DNA from: Candidatus Saccharimonadota bacterium
GTDB taxonomy: Bacteria; Pseudomonadota; Gammaproteobacteria; Enterobacterales; Enterobacteriaceae
NCBI GenBank assembly: GCA_000217635.1
Contig: CP001817.1
Location: forward strand, 120,001 to 152,000
Direction: 5' to 3'
Length of the DNA: 32,000 nucleotides
This document shows positions 10,244 through 19,371 of the stretch, in pieces. The notes beneath the pieces are model-generated. The model was not told the origin of the DNA. It did not search any database and was given only the letters and a program-made list of their open reading frames with translations. Both the position numbers and the translations under genes were made by a program. Each line of letters begins with the position of its first letter. Positions within the stretch are counted from its first letter, which is position 1.

Positions 10244-11777
10244 ATGTTACTTCTCATGTTAATTTTTATACCGTTTATAGGCGCTTTTTTTTCTTTATTG
10301 TCGGCGCGATTATATATTGAATTGCCTCGGATTATTGCATTATTTTCTATGCTTTTTTGTTTTTTTTATTTCAATATATTTATTTTGGAATAATTTTTTA
10401 GCATCTCAATGCAATAGTGTTGTTGTGCATCATTGGATATTAGATTTTTCCATTCCATGGATATCAAATTTTGGAATTTTTTTTCATATTGGTGTAGATC
10501 GACTTTCGTTATTAATGGTAATTTTAACTTCTTTTATTGGAATTATAGCGGTTCTTTGTGAATGGAATAGATATTATAAAAATATGGAAGTATTTTATTT
10601 TTTATTTTTACTTATTATCGGAGCAACATTAGGAATTTTTTTATCGATTGATTTATTTTTATTTTTTTGTTTTTTTGAATTATTACTTTTTTCCAATGTA
10701 TTTTTAATTTTTTTATGGGGACATTCTTATATTGATTTTCAATATAGTCGCATTGATGCTGCTCGAAAATTTTTTATTTATTCACAATTATCTGGTTTAT
10801 TTTTTTTATTGTCATCTTTATTATTAGTTTGGGTACATTATACTGATTCGGGGATTTGGACTTTTAATTATTGTATATTAAAAAATACATCTTTTTCTTT
10901 TATTACAGAATGTTTTTTAATGTTTGGTTTTTTTTTATCTTTTGCGATAAAAATGCCTTTAGTACCTTTTCATCATTGGTTTTCAATGTTACAAATGTTT
11001 ACACCATCTTCCGGGTCTATTGATTTAATTGGTATTTTATTAAAAACATCGGTATATGGTTTTTTAAGATTTTCTATTATGCTTTTTCCTAGAGCAATAC
11101 ATTATTTTTCTAATTTTTTTTTACTTTTTGGGATTATTTCTGTTATATATGGAGTTTTTTTAGCTTTTTCGCAAAAAAACATGAAAAATTTTATATCTTA
11201 TTCTTCTATTTCACATATGGGAGTTGTATTTATGGCTTTACATAGTGAAAATATTATTGCATATCAAGGGGTGGTTTTATATATTATTGCCTACACATTA
11301 TCTACTTCAGCATTTTTAATTATCATTGGAATTATGCATAATTCTATAAAATCATATAATATTTCTGATATGAGTAATATTTTTTCTAGTAGTTCTATTT
11401 TATTTTTTTTCTTTCTATTTTTATCTTTAATCAATTTAGGTTTACCTGGTACTGGAAATTTTTCTGGCGAGTTTATTATGTTATGGGGAGTATTTTTTTC
11501 ATCTCCTTGGTTTGGTACTATTCTTTTTTTCATTTTTATTTTATCAGCGGTTTATTGTTTAAATATTATTAATAAAATTCTATATGAACCTGTCTGTTCT
11601 AAAAAGAAATTTTTAGAAGTTTCTATATTAAATATAAGTATTTTAATTATATTGATAGGTAGTCTTATATTTTTCGGTTTATATCCCGATTTATTAATAA
11701 ATTTTATTTATAATATGATTACTTGTCTATATCAACCATATATACCATTTTTTATAAAATATAAGGTAAAATACTAA
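10244..11777 (+). CDS. nuoM: NADH-quinone oxidoreductase subunit M (antiporter-like), interrupted by a frameshift in a T6/T8 tract pair (10353-10367)
   Basis: ATG 10244 follows AAGGG and reads MLLLMLIFIPFIGAFFSLLSARLYIELPRIIALFSMLFCFF, which matches E. coli MLLPWLILIPFIGGF...VPRWIALITMGL. This frame stops at 10391-10393. The rest (ISIYLFWNN...IPWISNFGIFFHIGVDRLSLLMV...) is the tracked ORF 10317..11777, one frame over. Removing one T, for example T8 to T7, joins the two parts. Confidence 0.85.
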
Positions 11778-11779
11778 TA

Positions 11780-13259
11780 ATGATAAGATTATTTAATATT
11801 ATGATACCAGTATTCCCTATATTATTATTAATTATTACAGTAATGATTATTTTTTTTTTTAATATCGTTAAATCCTAATAAGAGTTATATTATTTATATA
11901 ATAACATGTTTAGGTTTATGTATTAGTTTAATTTCGATATTTTTTGAAAGTAATAAAGGAATCAAATGGTATTCAGAATTATTCATTATAGATAAATATT
12001 CTAAATTATCTATGATTTTATTGTTGTTTACAAGTATTTATACTTGTATTTTTACATATTCATGGATAGAATTAAATATTGATAGTAATATTGAATTTTT
12101 TATTTTTTTATTATTATCAACTATTGGAGGTCTTATTGTTTTAACTTCATATCATATGTCAACATTATTTATTGGAATAGAATTATTATTTTTACCGGCA
12201 TTAGGGGTAGTTGGTTATTTAAATGATATAAAAAAAAACTGTTTTTTTACTTTGAAGTATATGATTTTATCAATTTTTTCTTCTCTTACAATGTTATTTG
12301 GATTTTTAATTTTATATTCTTCTACTGGTCATTTATCTTTTACTCATATATCAAATATGTTTTTTTATTACCCTTCTTTAATGTTAGATAAGAAAACATT
12401 ATTTGGTTTAATGACTATTTTTTTATCTTTTTTTTTTAAAGTTTCCTTATTTCCAATGCATTTGTGGGTTCCAGATATATATAATTGTATAAGTTCATTT
12501 TCATTAATTTATTTTTCTATTGCAATAAAAATTGCTATTCTTACATTTTTATCACGTTTTTTGTTTTATATTCCAGCTTTATATCATTGTAAAATTATAT
12601 ATATTTTATTAATTATTGTATCTGTTGGCTCAATTATTTTTGGCAATGGCATGGCTTTTTTTCAAAAAAATATTAATAAATTAATGGCATATTCTTCCGT
12701 TACTCATACAGGTTATATGTTATTAACTATATTAATATTATTTAATCGAGAAGAACAATTATTGTTAGAAAATTTCTACATATATTTTATTGGATATATA
12801 TTAAGTATGATTTGTTTTTTTAGTATAAAGAGTTATATAGATTATTATTTTATGTATAAAAATTCTATACAATATGATAATTGCTTGAAAGGATTATATT
12901 GGAAAAATTCATTTCTTTGTATATGTATGACTTTATTATTGTTATCTTTTTCTGGCTTTCCTATAACTATTGGTTTTTGGGGAAAATTTTGTATTTTACG
13001 TTTCTTATTACACAAAAAATTATGGTTTATACTATTAATTATAATATTCAGTAATTTAATTGGAATGCAATGTTATATACCGGTTATTTGTAGTTTATAT
13101 AAAAAAAAATATAATTGTTTAACTAAACAAAATAAAAGAAAACAATTAGTAAATATTTTTACAAATATAAAATATCTATTTATTTTGCTTTTAAGTTTTT
13201 TGTTGATTTTTTTAGGTATATATCCACAAAAAATTATAAGTATTATTGATATTTTTTAA
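11780..13259 (+). CDS. nuoN: NADH-quinone oxidoreductase subunit N (antiporter-like), interrupted by a frameshift at a T11 tract (11850-11860)
   Basis: ATG 11780 lies 2 nt after the nuoM TAA and reads MIRLFNIMIPVFPILLLIITVMIIFFFNIVKS, stopping at 11876-11878. The next frame is open from 11847 and reads ...ISLNPNKSYIIYIITCLGLCISLISIFFESNKGIKWYSELFIIDKYSKLSMILLLF, running into the tracked ORF 12012..13259. T10 would join the two frames. The body contains FKVSLFPMHLWVPDIY and LMAYSSVTHTGYML. Confidence 0.85.
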
Positions 13260-13386
13260 TACCTTTTTAAAGATTAATAAACATAGTAAATTTTTTAAAA
13301 TATTTTTTTAAAAATATTTATTATTATATTAATTAAAATAATTAATATATTTTTATATTCTATCCGTTTTTTGTTTTTTTGATACG

Positions 13387-13423
13387 AAATGTTGGAGTGT
13401 TTTCCAACATTTTTATATTTTTT
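13387..13423 (+). terminator. Rho-independent terminator candidate ending the nuo operon (between convergent nuoN and prs)
   Basis: The 10-bp stem AAATGTTGGA (13387-13396) pairs with TCCAACATTT (13403-13412) around the loop GTGTTT. It is followed by TTATATTTTTT. This is one of very few G/C-containing hairpins in the window. A 13+13 bp AT palindrome follows at 13411-13436. Confidence 0.65.
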
Positions 13424-13502
13424 AAAAAATATAAAAAAATTTTTTTATTCTATAGATTTTATATAAAGAAATTCATGTCTATGTTTTGATATAGAATTTT
13501 GA

Positions 13503-14447
13503 TTAGTTAAACATTTCAGAAATAGATTCTTCCTTGTTAATTCTTCGGATCGCTTCCGCTAACATTTTTGATAATGTTATTACACGTATATTTTTAAGGT
13601 TAATTATTTTTTTTGATAAAGGAATAGTATCACATACAATTATTTCATCGATTTCTGATTTTTTTAAATTTTCAGAAGCATTTCCAGATAATATAGGGTG
13701 TATTGCATAAGCAAATACGCGATGAGCGCCATTTTTTTTAAGTGCGTGAGCTGCTTGACATAATGTTGATCCTGTATCTATCATATCATCAATAAGAATG
13801 CAGTCACGATTTTTAATATTTCCAATTATATTCATTACCTGAGAAATATTTGGTTTTGGTCGTCGTTTATCAATAATAGCCATATCTGTATCAAATAATA
13901 ATTTTGCAATAGTGCGGGCTCTAATAATACCTCCAATATCTGGTGATACAATAATTGGATTAATAAATTTTTTTATTAGCATATCCTGTAATAAAATTAA
14001 ACTACCAAAAATATTATCAATTGGAATATCAAAAAAACCTTGTATTTGTTCTGAATGCAAATCAACTGTTAAAATACGATCTACTCCAGCATTAGATAAA
14101 AAATTTGCTATTACTTTAGCTGTAATAGGTACTCGAGTTGAGCTAATTCGTCTATCTTGTCGTGCATAACCGAAGTATGGAATTACTGCAGTGATTCTTT
14201 TTGCAGATGATCTACGTAAGGCATCTATCATAATAATTAATTCCATTAAATTATCATTAGCAGGAGAACATGTTGATTGTATTAAAAATACATCTGAACC
14301 TCTTATATTTTCATGAATTTGTACGCTAATTTCACCATCACTAAAACGGCTTACGGTAGCTTTGCCTAGGTCTTTTTTTAGATTTTTAGAAATTAAAAGA
14401 GCTAATTGAGGAGTCGAGTTGCCTGCAAATAATTTCATGTTGTTCAT
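13503..14447 (-). CDS. prs: Ribose-phosphate pyrophosphokinase (PRPP synthetase)
   Basis: The 314-aa ORF contains [49 protein letters not shown] and [11 protein letters not shown], colinear with E. coli Prs. The true start could be the internal ATG at 14438 (MKLFAGN). Confidence 0.96.
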   Translation of the reverse strand: MNNMKLFAGNSTPQLALLISKNLKKDLGKATVSRFSDGEISVQIHENIRGSDVFLIQSTCSPANDNLMELIIMIDALRRSSAKRITAVIPYFGYARQDRRISSTRVPITAKVIANFLSNAGVDRILTVDLHSEQIQGFFDIPIDNIFGSLILLQDMLIKKFINPIIVSPDIGGIIRARTIAKLLFDTDMAIIDKRRPKPNISQVMNIIGNIKNRDCILIDDMIDTGSTLCQAAHALKKNGAHRVFAYAIHPILSGNASENLKKSEIDEIIVCDTIPLSKKIINLKNIRVITLSKMLAEAIRRINKEESISEMFN

Positions 14448-14819
14448 TTTATTATATTACCATATTCATATGTAGGTATTTTAGATTATATATATGCAAG
14501 ATTAATGTTATAAATTTTTTAAGTTTTTTATATATAATATTAAATAGAGAAAATAATCTTAAGACTATTAAAACGATAATATGTATAATATTGAATATAT
14601 TTTTTTTATAATTTATTATATACATAATATTCTATGTAATATATCATAGAATAAATACGATAGAAAGTTATTGAAATATTTCGTTTGCATTAGTTATTTT
14701 TTGTTATTTTTATAAATATTATTATTTATTTTTATTTCGTATAATGAGATTAAAAATATAATTTTAATTTTTTTATATTTTTTAAAATATTGTCTAAATA
14801 TAAAAAAGGTTATTTTTTT

Positions 14820-15896
14820 ATGAAAGATTCAATTTTTAAAACGTTAAAAAATTTAATAAAGCGTTATAATGAATTAGAGTTTTTATTAAAAGATGGATAT
14901 ACTAATTTAAATAAACACAATTTCTCTAAATTATCACAAGAAAAATCTAAATTATTTAATATAAATAAATTATTTACATCTTGGAACAAAATAAATATTG
15001 ATATTAATAATACAAAATTATTATTACATGATCTAACATTAGGTAGTTTAGCAAAAGATGAATTAAATTTTTTGATTTCTAAAAAAAAAAATATAGAATC
15101 AGAATTAAAATCTTTTTTACTTCCAGAAAATTCATACAATCAAAATTGTTGTTTTTTAGAAATAAGAGCGGCTACAGGAGGAAATGAAGCGGCTATTTTT
15201 TCAAAAGATTTATGTAAAATGTATATTCGGTATGCTGAATTTAATTTATGGAGTGTAAAAATTATTAATGTTCATACAAGCGAACAGGGAGGGGGGTATA
15301 AAGAAATTATATTAAAAATTAAAGGCAATGATGTTTGTAGAAAATTAGCTTTTGAATCAGGAGGACATAGAGTACAACGCGTTCCAAGAACTGAATCTCA
15401 GGGTCGTATACATACTTCAACATGTACTGTTGCAATTATGCCTGATCTTCCAAAGTCTAAAAAAATGGTTTTTAATGTTGCAGATTTAAAAATTGATACA
15501 TTTAGATCTTCTGGGGCAGGTGGGCAACATGTTAATACTACGGATTCTGCTGTTAGAATTACTCATTTACCTTCAGGACAAGTTTCAGAATGTCAAGATG
15601 AACGATCTCAACATAAAAATAAAGAAAAAGCTTTATCTGTTTTATATGCTAAGATTCATACTGCAAATATTATAAAAAAAATAAAAGAAAATTCTCTTAT
15701 TCGTCGAACTTTATTAGGTACTGGTGAACGTTCAGATCGAAATAGAACGTATAATTATCCACAAAATCGAGTGACTGACCATCGTATTAATTTAACGTTA
15801 TATAGATTAGATGAAGTATGTTCTGGAAAGTTAGATTTATTAATTAATCCTTTATTACGAGAATATAAGATGAAAAGTTTATCTATGCTTGATTAA
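14820..15896 (+). CDS. prfA: Peptide chain release factor 1
   Basis: [23 protein letters not shown] aligns with E. coli [23 protein letters not shown]. Also present: [20 protein letters not shown] and the GGQ motif ([15 protein letters not shown]). ATG 14820 is preferred to the tracked TTG 14790 because it gives 358 aa versus 360 in E. coli. Confidence 0.95.
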   Translation: MKDSIFKTLKNLIKRYNELEFLLKDGYTNLNKHNFSKLSQEKSKLFNINKLFTSWNKINIDINNTKLLLHDLTLGSLAKDELNFLISKKKNIESELKSFLLPENSYNQNCCFLEIRAATGGNEAAIFSKDLCKMYIRYAEFNLWSVKIINVHTSEQGGGYKEIILKIKGNDVCRKLAFESGGHRVQRVPRTESQGRIHTSTCTVAIMPDLPKSKKMVFNVADLKIDTFRSSGAGGQHVNTTDSAVRITHLPSGQVSECQDERSQHKNKEKALSVLYAKIHTANIIKKIKENSLIRRTLLGTGERSDRNRTYNYPQNRVTDHRINLTLYRLDEVCSGKLDLLINPLLREYKMKSLSMLD

Positions 15897-15916
15897 TAGA
15901 TATATGGTATTAAATT

Positions 15917-16750
15917 ATGAAAATAATAGATTGGATGATATATGCAAAAAAAAAAATTAAAAATAATATTACAGCGCATATAGATATAACATTATTACTA
16001 TGTTTTGTTTTAAAATGCTCAAAGGAATATTTGATATCTACTGAAAATAGAAAATTAACTATATATGAAATGAGATTATTAAAAACTGTATTAAAACGTC
16101 GAATTTATGGAGAGCCGATTGAATATATTATAAAAAAAAAAGAATTTTGGTCATTACCGTTATATGTTTCGTCCTCTGTCTTAATTCCTCGTCCTGATAC
16201 AGAACTATTGGTTCAGGTAGTAATAGATAAAATATCTAAACATAAAAAAAAAAAATTAGACTTAGGAACTGGAAGCGGAGCTATAGCTTTAGCTATTGCG
16301 CAAGAAAATTCCTATTGTCAGGTTCTTGGTGTGGATAATTGTTTTTATGCATTATCGGTAGCTAACTATAATTTATATAAATTAAAAATTAATAATGTTA
16401 CTTTCAAATATAGTCATTGGTTCTCAAATATTATAGGTGAAAAATTTAATTTTATTGTTTGTAATCCTCCGTATTTATCATACAGAGATTTTTATTTATC
16501 GAATAAAAATTTAAAATTTGAACCTTATTATGCTTTAGTGTCAGGACAATACGGTATAGAATGTATACAATATATTATACAAAAATCTATAAATTTTATT
16601 ATATGTCCTGGATGGTTATGTATTGAACATTGTTATAAACAAAAGAATATTGTTGAAAAATTATTTAAAGATAATTTTTTTATACATGTGCATTCTTATA
16701 AAGATTATTCTGGACGTTTTCGTGTTACAGTAGGTTTAATTAAAAATTAG
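15917..16750 (+). CDS. prmC: Release-factor glutamine N5-methyltransferase
   Basis: The 277-aa ORF has the same length as E. coli PrmC and contains GEPIEYI, LIPRPDTELLV, LDLGTGSGAIALAIA and the NPPY motif (VCNPPYL). It lies immediately downstream of prfA, as in enterobacteria. Confidence 0.93.
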   Translation: MKIIDWMIYAKKKIKNNITAHIDITLLLCFVLKCSKEYLISTENRKLTIYEMRLLKTVLKRRIYGEPIEYIIKKKEFWSLPLYVSSSVLIPRPDTELLVQVVIDKISKHKKKKLDLGTGSGAIALAIAQENSYCQVLGVDNCFYALSVANYNLYKLKINNVTFKYSHWFSNIIGEKFNFIVCNPPYLSYRDFYLSNKNLKFEPYYALVSGQYGIECIQYIIQKSINFIICPGWLCIEHCYKQKNIVEKLFKDNFFIHVHSYKDYSGRFRVTVGLIKN

Positions 16751-16867
16751 TTTATCAATATATTATCTTTAATTCAATTAATTAGTTAAATATATATTAA
16801 TTGTATTAATTTTTAATTTATAATTAAAAAATAGTTTTATTTTAAAGATATAATTGTTGAAATTATT

Positions 16868-16903
16868 ATTAATTTTATTAATTTTATTAATTTTATTAAT
16901 ATT
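16868..16903. repeat. 9-bp tandem repeat, about 4 copies (ATTAATTTT x3 plus ATTAATATT)
   Basis: Read directly from the sequence: 16868-76, 16877-85 and 16886-94 are identical, and 16895-903 has one mismatch. It lies in the prmC-sirB1 spacer. Confidence 0.85.
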
Positions 16904-16942
16904 ATCAGTTTTATAAATTCATTATTTATTTTTGGATAACAT

Positions 16943-17751
16943 ATGATAGATTTCATAAAAGTTGATTTTTCTATAGTATCTTTATGTGAAATTGTAGTAA
17001 AAATAATGAAGTATATTCGTTCTGATTTTGCAATAGAAACAGTATTCTTTCAGTTAAATTCTCAAATTAAAAAAGCAAAATTTTTTTATCACGAGAAAAA
17101 AAACCAATAGAACAATTAAAAAAATTATTATATTTATTTTATAAAGTATGGGGTTTTGGTGCGGCAAAAAAAAAATATAAACTTTCTAATATGATTTGGA
17201 TTGACTCAGTTTTTATTAATCATACAGGAACAGCTATATCATTAGGAATAATTTTTTTACATATTGCAAAAATTTTAAAAATATCTATCGTTCCAGTTAT
17301 TTTTCCTACACAATTTATTTTGCGTGTAAATGATATAAATAGTGAAGTATTTTTTATTAATCCATTTAACGGTGAAATATTAAATCAACGGATGCTGGAA
17401 TATTGGTTAAAAGGTAATATTAGTCCTACTACGATATTATCTTTAAAAGATATATCTGAAACAAAACCGTTAAAGGTTATTCAAAAATTATTAGATACAT
17501 TGAAGGTTTCATTAATTGAGGAAAGATCTATAGATCTTGCTTTAAGGGTAAGTAATGTCTTACTTAAAATAAATCCTAAAGATCCGTATGAAAGACGAGA
17601 TCGAGGTTTAATTTTTTCTCAATTAGAATGTTATAATATGGCATTGCTAGATTTAATATATTTTATAGAACATTGTCCTGATGATCCGGTAAGTGAAATA
17701 ATTAAAGCGCAAATTCATTCAATTCAGCAGAAAAAAAACATTGTTCATTAA
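16943..17751 (+). CDS. sirB1: SirB1/YchA-family protein (transglutaminase-like/TPR), interrupted by a frameshift at T7 (17081-17087) or A8 (17096-17103)
   Basis: ATG 16943 reads MIDFIKVDFSIVSLCEIVVKIMKYIRSDFAIETVFFQLNSQIKKAKFFYHEKKNQ and stops at 17108-17110. The adjacent frame, open from 17071, reads ...REKKPIEQLKKLLYLFYKVWGFGAAKKKYKLSNMIWIDS into the tracked ORF 17191..17751. The body (PVIFPTQFILRV, INPFNGE, WLKGNISP, DPYERRDRGLI) matches E. coli YchA. With +1 nt, the Trp of WGF falls at residue 70, as in E. coli. Confidence 0.82.
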
Positions 17752-17948
17752 TTATTTCTAATATTGATTAAGTTTAATTATTGAAAGTAAAATTAAAAAA
17801 TAACTACAAGTATTTATAAAAATATTTTTTTAATATTAATAAATCTTATTAAATTTATTTAAAATTGCTAAATAATTATATTTATTTGTGTTATGTTAAT
17901 CACATTAAATTTTATTTAAAATATTACTAATATAATTAGGTGTAAATT

Positions 17949-19151
17949 ATGCAAAATCAATTGATTTTGGTTTTGAATTGTGGTAGTTCTTCATTTAAAT
18001 TTTCTATTATAAATCCTAGTACAAGCATTGTATATTTATCAGGTGTATCAGATAATTTTTATAGTAATAATACCTTAATATGTTTAAAGCAATTTCAAAA
18101 AGAAATTAGGTATATTTATTTAAAAAAATATATGTCTTATAAAAATATTATTAAAGAAATATTTAAAATTTTATTAGTACAATATAAAGATTATATGAAT
18201 AATGTTGTAGGTATAGGACACAGAGTAGTGCATGGTGGTGATAAAATTAAATCTTCAGTCATTATTAATAATACCATATTAGATATTATTAAAGAGAATT
18301 CAATTTTTGCCCCCATACATAATCCAATAAATTTATTAGGAATACAAATTGCACTTATATTAATACCTCATTTAAAAAGTAAAAATATCGCTGTTTTTGA
18401 TACGGTTTTTCACCACACAATACCTCAGTATTCTTATTTATATGGAATTCCATATTATTTTTATGAGTATTATTCTCTTCGACGTTATGGTGCTCACGGT
18501 ATTAATCATTATTATGTATCAAAAGTTAGTGCAGTTTTTTTAAAAAAACAAAAAAATTTAAATATTATTAGTTGTCATTTAGGTAGCGGATCGTCAGTTA
18601 CAGCGATAGTAAGAGGTCAATCAATAGATACATCAATGGGTTTAACTCCATTAGAAGGGTTAATTATGGGTACAAGGTGTGGTAATTTAGACCCATCTAT
18701 TATTATATATATGTCTGAAGTATTACATTTAAAAATTTCTGTTATTAAAAAAATATTAAATGAAGAATCTGGTATATTAGGTATTAATAAAATTAGTAGT
18801 GATTTTAGAATATTAGAGAAATTATATTATCAAAATAAAATGGTAAAATTGTCTATTAAAATGTATTGTTATCATTTAGCTAAATATATTTCTAGTTATA
18901 CCGTTTGTATGAAGGGTCGTTTAGATGCAATTATTTTTACTGGAGGTATTGGTGAAAATTCCCATTTAGTTCGAAAAAATACTATAGATCAATTGTCATT
19001 ATTAAATTTAATAATAAATAACAAAAGAAATTTAGAAATACATAGTGGACGATCTGGATTTATTAATGCATCAAATAGCCTTCCAATTATAGTAATTCCA
19101 GCAAATGAAAACCAAATAATTGCGGAAGATACATTAAAATTAGTATGTTAA
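17949..19151 (+). CDS. ackA: Acetate kinase
   Basis: The 400-aa ORF contains LVLNCGSSSFKFSII, GHRVVHGG, AVFDTVFHHTIP, RRYGAHGINH, CHLGSGSSVTAI, GLTPLEGLIMGTRCGNLDP and FTGGIGENS, colinear with E. coli AckA (400 aa). Confidence 0.96.
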   Translation: MQNQLILVLNCGSSSFKFSIINPSTSIVYLSGVSDNFYSNNTLICLKQFQKEIRYIYLKKYMSYKNIIKEIFKILLVQYKDYMNNVVGIGHRVVHGGDKIKSSVIINNTILDIIKENSIFAPIHNPINLLGIQIALILIPHLKSKNIAVFDTVFHHTIPQYSYLYGIPYYFYEYYSLRRYGAHGINHYYVSKVSAVFLKKQKNLNIISCHLGSGSSVTAIVRGQSIDTSMGLTPLEGLIMGTRCGNLDPSIIIYMSEVLHLKISVIKKILNEESGILGINKISSDFRILEKLYYQNKMVKLSIKMYCYHLAKYISSYTVCMKGRLDAIIFTGGIGENSHLVRKNTIDQLSLLNLIINNKRNLEIHSGRSGFINASNSLPIIVIPANENQIIAEDTLKLVC

Positions 19152-19371
19152 AAGGGTTTTTATAAAAAAATATTATTTAATAAAGATAAATATAAAAAAA
19201 TATTTTTTATATATTAATATAATGAATATATATTTTTTAAAATTATTTTATATGATGATAAATAAAATGTATGTAATAATCTTTATCTTTTTATATATAA
19301 ATTTTTAACTTCATATAAAATTATTTTTTATATTTGTATCATATCAACTTAACTAAATAAGACTGTTTATT

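Noticed and set aside
14790-14819. Upstream alternative starts from the ORF track: prfA TTG 14790, nuoI GTG 6897, nuoJ TTG 7454 and grxD GTG 26285.
   Set aside because: In each case a downstream ATG gives an N-terminus colinear with the E. coli ortholog and sits at a better distance from a purine-rich SD-like motif. The extensions add non-conserved residues.
15384-15392. The RF1 stop-codon recognition tripeptide reads P-R-T instead of the E. coli P-A-T.
   Set aside because: The motif is defined as PxT with a variable middle residue, and the flanking [16 protein letters not shown] is fully conserved. This is not evidence for altered stop-codon specificity.
19252-19308. A mini-ORF MMINKMYVIIFIFLYINF in the ackA-pta spacer, considered as a possible relic of the Pta N-terminus (E. 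coli ...SRIIMLIPTG...).
   Set aside because: The similarity is limited to a few hydrophobic residues, which are indistinguishable from random AT-rich translation.
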